A stretch of 64,000 nucleotides of DNA from Gammaproteobacteria bacterium. GTDB taxonomy: Bacteria; Pseudomonadota; Gammaproteobacteria; Arenicellales; Poriferihabitantaceae. Of the stretch, positions 58,854 through 64,000 are shown one piece after another (position 1 is the first letter of the stretch; every line of letters begins with the position of its first letter). The notes under the pieces were generated by a model, which searched no databases, had not been told where the DNA came from, and worked only from the letters and a program-made list of their open reading frames with translations. The position numbers and the translations under genes are program-made. The stretch spans positions 217,937-281,936 of the forward strand of contig JAHEGU010000001.1 of the NCBI GenBank assembly GCA_024644945.1, written 5' to 3'.

Positions 58854-59270
58854 TTAGTTGCGAAGCGCGCGATAAAGGCGCTGAATTGAGGGTCTAGCGA
58901 CCAGAAATGTTCGATAAAAAATCTCAAGTAGTCCGCCGATGATTTTATTTTGCGAACGTCTTCCCAGCCATTTAAAACCTGGCAGAATCCTCCATATCTC
59001 GGCAAAAGCCCTGCCACCCGAGATCAGTTCTCCTTTTGCGGACCTTACGTGAAATCGCCTTAGCGCGTCTTCTCTGTTCAAATCTGAACCGAGACTCGAT
59101 TTATCACAGCGACTAATATCAAGCCAGAGAATTTCTTCTGCATGATCCTTTCGCTGATAATAACCAATCTCCTTGCGGCAAAGCGGACAGGCGCCATCAT
59201 AATACACCGTCAGTTTTTGATCTGCTGACTGAGCGTGTTCTTTATCGGTATCGATGAAATTCAAGTTCAC
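58854..59270 (-). CDS. DCC-family thiol-disulfide oxidoreductase (DUF393)
   Basis: VYYDGACPLCRKEIGYY signature. 138 aa. Confidence 0.85.
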   Translation of the reverse strand: MNLNFIDTDKEHAQSADQKLTVYYDGACPLCRKEIGYYQRKDHAEEILWLDISRCDKSSLGSDLNREDALRRFHVRSAKGELISGGRAFAEIWRILPGFKWLGRRSQNKIIGGLLEIFYRTFLVARPSIQRLYRALRN

Positions 59271-59350
59271 AATATTCTGCTCCGTTACTTCAAAAATAAG
59301 CTATAACTGTTTAAGCATTGGCAATAGGCTTTCATCGTTGCGCATTGGTA

Positions 59351-60124
59351 TCACGCTGGTTTTCTCGCCAGCAACATGTAGTTCACCCACATCTGATCGC
59401 TGAGCTTAAACTTTCTGTTGAATGGATTTACGCTCACACCACTCGATTCTCTAATTTCAAGTGTCTCCTCGCGAAGTATATGTATTACTTCGTCAGGTTT
59501 AACGAACTTTTGCCAGCGATGTGTTCCCATTGGTAACCAACCCAAAACATATTCCGCACCTACGATCGCGAATAGCCAAGAAATCAGGTTTCTGTTGATT
59601 GTTGCCACCGCCATAATTCCTCCAGGCGCGAGCAGACAGACAGTGTCACGCAAAAATTGACTGTAATCCGGGACATGCTCAATAACTTCCATATTCAGCA
59701 CCACATCATAGATTCTGGCGCGCGATTTAAGCTGGTTGATATCAACTGTCTCGTATTCAACTTCGAGGCCCCGGGCAGCAGAATGCGCGTCTGCTACCGC
59801 AATATTGCGCTGCACCACATCAATTCCATGCACAGTTGCCCCCAGCACAGCCATTGATTCGCTCAAAATGCCGCCACCGCACCCGATATCTAGAATAGTC
59901 AATCCCTTGAGAGGTTTAGACGCTTCAGCATCGCGTCCAAATTCGCGACATAGCCGCTGTTTCAAAAAATGTACTCGCAGGGTATTGAGTCTATGCAATG
60001 GCCAAAATGGGCCAGTCGGATCCCACCAGGTGTCAGCTAGCTTCTTGTAGTGCTCGACTTCGCTTGGGTCGATATTTTGACCCCGGATATCTGATGTGGG
60101 GAGTGGGGGATTAGTGATATTCAT
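59351..60124 (-). CDS. ubiG: bifunctional 3-demethylubiquinol 3-O-methyltransferase / 2-polyprenyl-6-hydroxyphenol methylase
   Basis: NIDPSEVEHYKKLADTWWDPTGPFWPLHRLN, ILDIGCGGGILSE. Start taken at MNITN (cat 60122-60124). Confidence 0.9.
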   Translation of the reverse strand: MNITNPPLPTSDIRGQNIDPSEVEHYKKLADTWWDPTGPFWPLHRLNTLRVHFLKQRLCREFGRDAEASKPLKGLTILDIGCGGGILSESMAVLGATVHGIDVVQRNIAVADAHSAARGLEVEYETVDINQLKSRARIYDVVLNMEVIEHVPDYSQFLRDTVCLLAPGGIMAVATINRNLISWLFAIVGAEYVLGWLPMGTHRWQKFVKPDEVIHILREETLEIRESSGVSVNPFNRKFKLSDQMWVNYMLLARKPA

Positions 60125-60555
60125 GTCACTAATATATAGCCGTGGCCATGAAAAACACGTGATTTCTCTGGGCCCCACCGGGGAGTCTGCGCCCGGCTAC
60201 GTACCCCCGGACCAGTAGCCGAATCCACCTTTCGCCACATTTCCTGCGCCACCTCCTGAATAGTGCAGAGATGGGGTCTAAGATATAGAGAGGGATAGGT
60301 GACATTTTGTCGGTTTGCGAGTGAGTGGTTAGGGTAAGAAGTCGCCTTCTGTTTCTGAAAGCCTGAGGCTGGCGAAGAGCTGAAGTTTCAACCGGTGTTT
60401 TTAAAGGTCCACTATCGGGAAATTTAGATATCCACCACTTTGTATAAACAGATTGAAATTGGATGTCCCTGCCGTTTGATGAGATCCCAACTTCAACACT
60501 TAAATGCTCAACCGATACACTGTCCGCACATTGCAGGCTCTGGATAAGTCTAGAA

Positions 60556-61293
60556 TCAATGTTGATCCAGGATCTCTACAATCTCTGTATATCCCAATAC
60601 TAGGGCGTGCTGCAGGGGCGAGAATCCCCGTCTGTCGGTTATGTTTTTATTTGCTCCTGCTAATACAAGTGCACGAACGGTCTCGACATGGTTTGGGCCA
60701 CCCTTGCCTAAAATTATTGCTTCGAGCAAGGCGGTCCAGCCTAAATTGTTGACGTGATCGAGGGGGGCACCATACTTTATTAAAGTCTTTACAACCTCAT
60801 GATGTCCCAAATGAGCGGCAGCGATGAGCGCGGTGCCGTCATAGGGGCTGGTTAGGTTTTCCGCACTTGCACCCAGTGCCAGCGAAAGCCTGAGCATTCC
60901 AATGTCGTTCGCGACCGCCGCAATTGTAACGATATCGTAGGCCTGGTATTCAAGTGCATTGAGATCAGCCCCGGCATTTGCTAATGCTCTAAGTGCTTTT
61001 TCCTGTGATGCAAAAGCGGCGACATGCACTGGTGTGCGCTCAAAGCGGTCTACATCCTCAAGATTCGCACCTTCTGTCACCAGTCGTTGTATTTGATCGA
61101 CATTTCCAACGTGAGCCGCCAGGTGTAAACCTGTAAAACTGTCGATGTCAGAAGGTGAGGGCGCGGTTTGCGCTGAAGTGATCGTAGTTAAAACCAAAAT
61201 TCCGAGGCCACAAAACAATTTGTACCAGCACCCCACTCCTTCTCTCAAGGCCTTTTGCTGAGGTGCTTTAAGAATGGTCGCGTTCACTTTCAA
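60556..61293 (-). CDS. secreted ankyrin-repeat protein
   Basis: About 5-6 ANK repeats (TGLHLAAHVGNVDQIQRLVTEGANL, TPVHVAAF, TALIAAAHLGHHEVVKTLIKYGA, WTALLEAI, SPLQHALVLGYTEIVEIL). Signal-peptide-like KLFCGLGILVLTTITSAQT. The true start is possibly the GTG at 61236. Confidence 0.85.
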   Translation of the reverse strand: MKVNATILKAPQQKALREGVGCWYKLFCGLGILVLTTITSAQTAPSPSDIDSFTGLHLAAHVGNVDQIQRLVTEGANLEDVDRFERTPVHVAAFASQEKALRALANAGADLNALEYQAYDIVTIAAVANDIGMLRLSLALGASAENLTSPYDGTALIAAAHLGHHEVVKTLIKYGAPLDHVNNLGWTALLEAIILGKGGPNHVETVRALVLAGANKNITDRRGFSPLQHALVLGYTEIVEILDQH

Positions 61294-61324
61294 TTCCTAA
61301 GGCGTCCCTTTATAGCCGGGTGTT

Positions 61325-61993
61325 CTAGTTAAAAGAACCGTTATCGGACATCGCTTTCTGGGCGATCAGTGCGGCTTCTACTCTGTTTCGCACCTGAAGT
61401 TTTTGTAAAACATTTGTGACATAGTGTTTGACGGTTTTTTCAGCGATACCCAACTTGGCTCCAATTTCCTTGTTGCTCAATCCTGTCGCTATTAACTCTA
61501 ATATCTGCTCTTCCCTTGAAGTCAGTGCGCTGAGGCCTTCAGCAGTAACCTGCTTTTCACTTTTACGCCCTTCTTTTACCTCGGACAATAGGCGAGCGAA
61601 AAGATTCGGAGAGACATAGGGATTGCCGTCGTGCAGATCCTTGACGATTCTGATCAGATCCCCTCCACCGATGCCTTTTAGTATATAGCCCTGTGCGCCG
61701 CAATGAAGTGATCCAAGTACGTCATCGTCGTGTTCAGAAACTGTCAACATGGCGATAGTCACTACCGGGCAAGCCGCAGAAATTGCTTTTGCAGCATTAA
61801 CTCCACCTCCGGGCATGCTGATATCAAGAAGAATAATATCAGGCAATAGATCAGTAGCCAGGCGCACCGCATCTTCGGCGCTCTCCCCTTCGCCAACAAT
61901 GCTGATATCCGGTTCGCTGTTCAACGTATGGGCTACTCCCTCACGAAACAACGGATGATCATCAATTAAGACAATGCGGATTTCCTCATTCAT
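61325..61993 (-). CDS. NarL/LuxR-family response regulator
   Basis: IVLIDDHPLFREGV, DIILLDISMPGG, C-terminal LuxR HTH LTSREEQILELIATGLSNKEIGAKLGIAEKTVKHYVTNVLQKL. Confidence 0.95.
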   Translation of the reverse strand: MNEEIRIVLIDDHPLFREGVAHTLNSEPDISIVGEGESAEDAVRLATDLLPDIILLDISMPGGGVNAAKAISAACPVVTIAMLTVSEHDDDVLGSLHCGAQGYILKGIGGGDLIRIVKDLHDGNPYVSPNLFARLLSEVKEGRKSEKQVTAEGLSALTSREEQILELIATGLSNKEIGAKLGIAEKTVKHYVTNVLQKLQVRNRVEAALIAQKAMSDNGSFN

Positions 61994-62003
61994 ATGATTC
62001 TAT

Positions 62004-63377
62004 TCAAGCAGTGTTACCAATGACAAACCTTGCAGTCAAGGTTGTCCCGCCACCGAGGTTTGTATCAATTACAAATGAACCACCAATACTTTCTATTCTT
62101 TCACGCAATCCGGGAAGACCTAAACCAGAACTGTTATCAGTAGGTTGAGTCAAATCGAATCCCGAGCCTTGGTCGGCAACCGTTACTTCAATTGCTTCAT
62201 CTTTATACAAGGCTGTTACGCTTGTTCTTACACTATTTGAGTGACGAAAAGCATTGTTAAGCCCTTCCTGCACCATTCTATATAGACTTATCTTTATCGA
62301 CTTGTTGACCTCTTCCGGCAGCGTATGAATGTCCTTAACGACCCGTGTGTCAGTTCTTTGTTCGTGCATTGAGACAATTCTAAATAGACCGTCTTCTAAC
62401 GGACGGGTTTCAAGCTCTGGAAGAGTCAGACCAGAGGAGACGCCTCTAATTTCGGTTAACGCGTCGTTCAGTGCATCTCTAACAATCTCGAATTCCTGCT
62501 GCTCTATAGGGGGGTCCTTTTCAGAGTGGTTCTTTATCCTATCTAGACGCAATAATGCGAGGCCGATTAGCTGCGCGGGCCCGTCATGCAGATCCGATCC
62601 CACACGCCTGAGAAATCTTTCATTCAGTTCCGTTGAGAGTCGGGATGAAGACTCAATATGATCCCTCATATTGGTAAGTTGCTGAACACGCTCTTGAAGA
62701 GAGTGTCTCTGGGTTTCTATAGTACGACTTCCTCTTAGTACAATTCCAGATAGAAGCCCAATCATCGATACGGTCACCAGGCCTACAACGATCCAAGAGC
62801 TCGACTTGGCTCGAAATAGGTCCTTCTTAAGCGATTCAGCGTGTGCGTAAAACTCAGCTATAGCAATTATTCTCTTGGTTGAGGGCTCACGTATTGGGCT
62901 ATATATCTCAAGAAAGGGTATGCCCTTTGCACGGTCGAGCACATTCTCTTCATTTTCCAACGAGTCAAACTCGGCTTGAATTTCGCCCGACCAGGCAAGG
63001 CGTAAACTATCTGTCACCGGAAAAACTTCACCTATGATTGACTTTTGACTGCTGTAAGCAACAAATCCCCCCTCCTTCCAGATTTTTGTAGAAGTGATCA
63101 TGTTCCCCAATTCGGATTCGTCAAGCAGCTGACTTAATGCGGCCTGATTTTCCTCTGATAATCTGTCCTTGCGATTGAGTTCCTGAATGTGTGGGGCAAC
63201 TATACTGTCCATATAGAGTGCCGTTGTGGTAGCTGCATTCCTGGTTACGGTCCTCTCAATCTCCTGAGACACCCATGATCCAATTATAAGCATGCCTGGT
63301 ATTACAACCATCGAACTCACCCAAGCGAACTGTTGAGCCAGGCTTTTAGAACTCCACCAATGATTGACTTTATTCAA
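62004..63377 (-). CDS. membrane sensor histidine kinase (HisKA_3 / NarX-LiaS type)
   Basis: Two TM segments flank an extracytoplasmic region of about 170 aa. H-box DLHDGPAQLIGLA. HATPase motifs NNAFRHS, DQGSGF and GLGLPGLRERI. Confidence 0.9.
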   Translation of the reverse strand: MNKVNHWWSSKSLAQQFAWVSSMVVIPGMLIIGSWVSQEIERTVTRNAATTTALYMDSIVAPHIQELNRKDRLSEENQAALSQLLDESELGNMITSTKIWKEGGFVAYSSQKSIIGEVFPVTDSLRLAWSGEIQAEFDSLENEENVLDRAKGIPFLEIYSPIREPSTKRIIAIAEFYAHAESLKKDLFRAKSSSWIVVGLVTVSMIGLLSGIVLRGSRTIETQRHSLQERVQQLTNMRDHIESSSRLSTELNERFLRRVGSDLHDGPAQLIGLALLRLDRIKNHSEKDPPIEQQEFEIVRDALNDALTEIRGVSSGLTLPELETRPLEDGLFRIVSMHEQRTDTRVVKDIHTLPEEVNKSIKISLYRMVQEGLNNAFRHSNSVRTSVTALYKDEAIEVTVADQGSGFDLTQPTDNSSGLGLPGLRERIESIGGSFVIDTNLGGGTTLTARFVIGNTA

Positions 63378-63833
63378 AGATATATTTGATACATAGAGGT
63401 GTCTAGCAGGGATCAGTATAGTCTACCTTTACGCAAATTCTGTTCCAATCAGACTATGGTCCGTTGAGACTGGAATATCGATACTGCGGTACGTTAGTCC
63501 AGGTCGCTACATATATATCGTCCAATTTCTAATAATGCATCTATTGATAGTTGATGAATGTGTACGGATAGAGATGGCAGAAATCGCTCCCAATCGGTAG
63601 CGCTGAGAATTGTCAGCCGCCTTCAGACCTAGGTCTGAAAAAATTGAGACAATAGTTGTGTAAATTAGTGCGACATTCGCTCCTGTTTTGGAATCGCACA
63701 ACTCAATAATATATTCATTAAACGTGGTTTATTTCAATAAAAATAAACTAACGATTATTTAGAAATGCCTATATATCTAATATTAATTTTAAGTCGAGCA
63801 TTATTTCAAACGTTCATACTGACAGATTAAACA

Positions 63834-64000
63834 GTGAATTTTACAAAACGAAACTTTCTTAGGTTGAGCCTGATTATGGCTGGTGGATCATGGAGCCTGG
63901 CTGGATGTGGAGGGGGTGGTTCAGTTTCAGGTAGTGGAAGTGGGATCGTAGCGACAGGAAAGGCTCTTATCTCTGGCAACGTCGTTGCTAATAATGTGAC
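63834..64000 (+). CDS. putative lipoprotein, N-terminal fragment (continues beyond window)
   Basis: Manual translation from the GTG at 63834 gives VNFTKRNFLRLSLIMAGGSWSLAGCGGGGSVSGSGSG... It has a KR n-region, hydrophobic core, LAGC lipobox and a Gly/Ser linker. It is open to the window end. Confidence 0.5.
   Translation, partial: MNFTKRNFLRLSLIMAGGSWSLAGCGGGGSVSGSGSGIVATGKALISGNVVANNV

Noticed and set aside
63600-63640. Hairpin TTCAGACC-TA-GGTCTGAA in the divergent promoter region
   Set aside because: It is followed by an A-run on the plus strand and by GC on the minus strand, so it is not a terminator for either flanking gene. It is too short to interpret.
1-64000. Mobile elements, genomic-island boundaries, CRISPR arrays, tRNA/rRNA genes
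   Set aside because: No transposase, integrase or recombinase motifs appear in any listed ORF. I noticed no long terminal inverted or direct repeats. None of the 15 largest intergenic gaps contains a spacer-repeat array. I saw no tRNA-like cloverleaf candidates. This was a visual scan only, so short or degenerate elements could have been missed.

Overview
This 64-kb window looks like a gammaproteobacterial chromosome segment. The rpoZ-spoT-gmk-yicC and glnE-ilvE-waaF blocks are arranged as in Pseudomonas-like genomes. It is densely coding, with about 60 supportable genes. By eye I found no rRNA, tRNA, CRISPR array, transposase, integrase or prophage genes. GC content and codon statistics were not computed, and all family calls rest on motifs read from the supplied translations, not on database searches. 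Most genes are housekeeping or metabolic: spoT (partial), rpoZ, gmk, yicC, glnE, ilvE, waaF, split class II RNR nrdJa/nrdJb, phhB, ubiG, sppA, plus transporters and oxidoreductases. The following stand out. (1) A translationally coupled minus-strand operon at 42834-47648 encodes a MoxR(CoxD-like) AAA+, a VWA(CoxE-like) protein, an ACAD10/11-type acyl-CoA dehydrogenase and an APH-fold kinase. I do not know this combination as a described system. (2) An orphan intergenic unit at 47793-48101 has a perfect sigma-54 promoter (TGGCAC-N5-TTGC), upstream palindromes and a 15-20 bp intrinsic terminator about 120 nt downstream. It is a candidate sigma-54-dependent sRNA or attenuating leader. (3) A nucleotide-cyclase signalling island at 23490-32323 carries three class III cyclase-domain proteins of different architecture, a GNAT, an outer-membrane barrel and an HK-CheY-RR/cyclase operon. 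(4) An envelope-type operon at 4356-7992 (FemAB-like DUF482, six-BON membrane protein, mini-TM peptide, permuted papain YiiX-like) sits convergent to a minimal Hanks Ser/Thr kinase. Smaller items are a hydroxypyruvate-isomerase/esterase fusion, a two-component system with a secreted ankyrin protein, candidate NrdR boxes upstream of nrdJ, and several gene remnants or micro-ORFs. I cannot prove which, if any, of these is the intended novel system. The MoxR-VWA-ACAD-kinase operon and the sigma-54 RNA unit are my best candidates.
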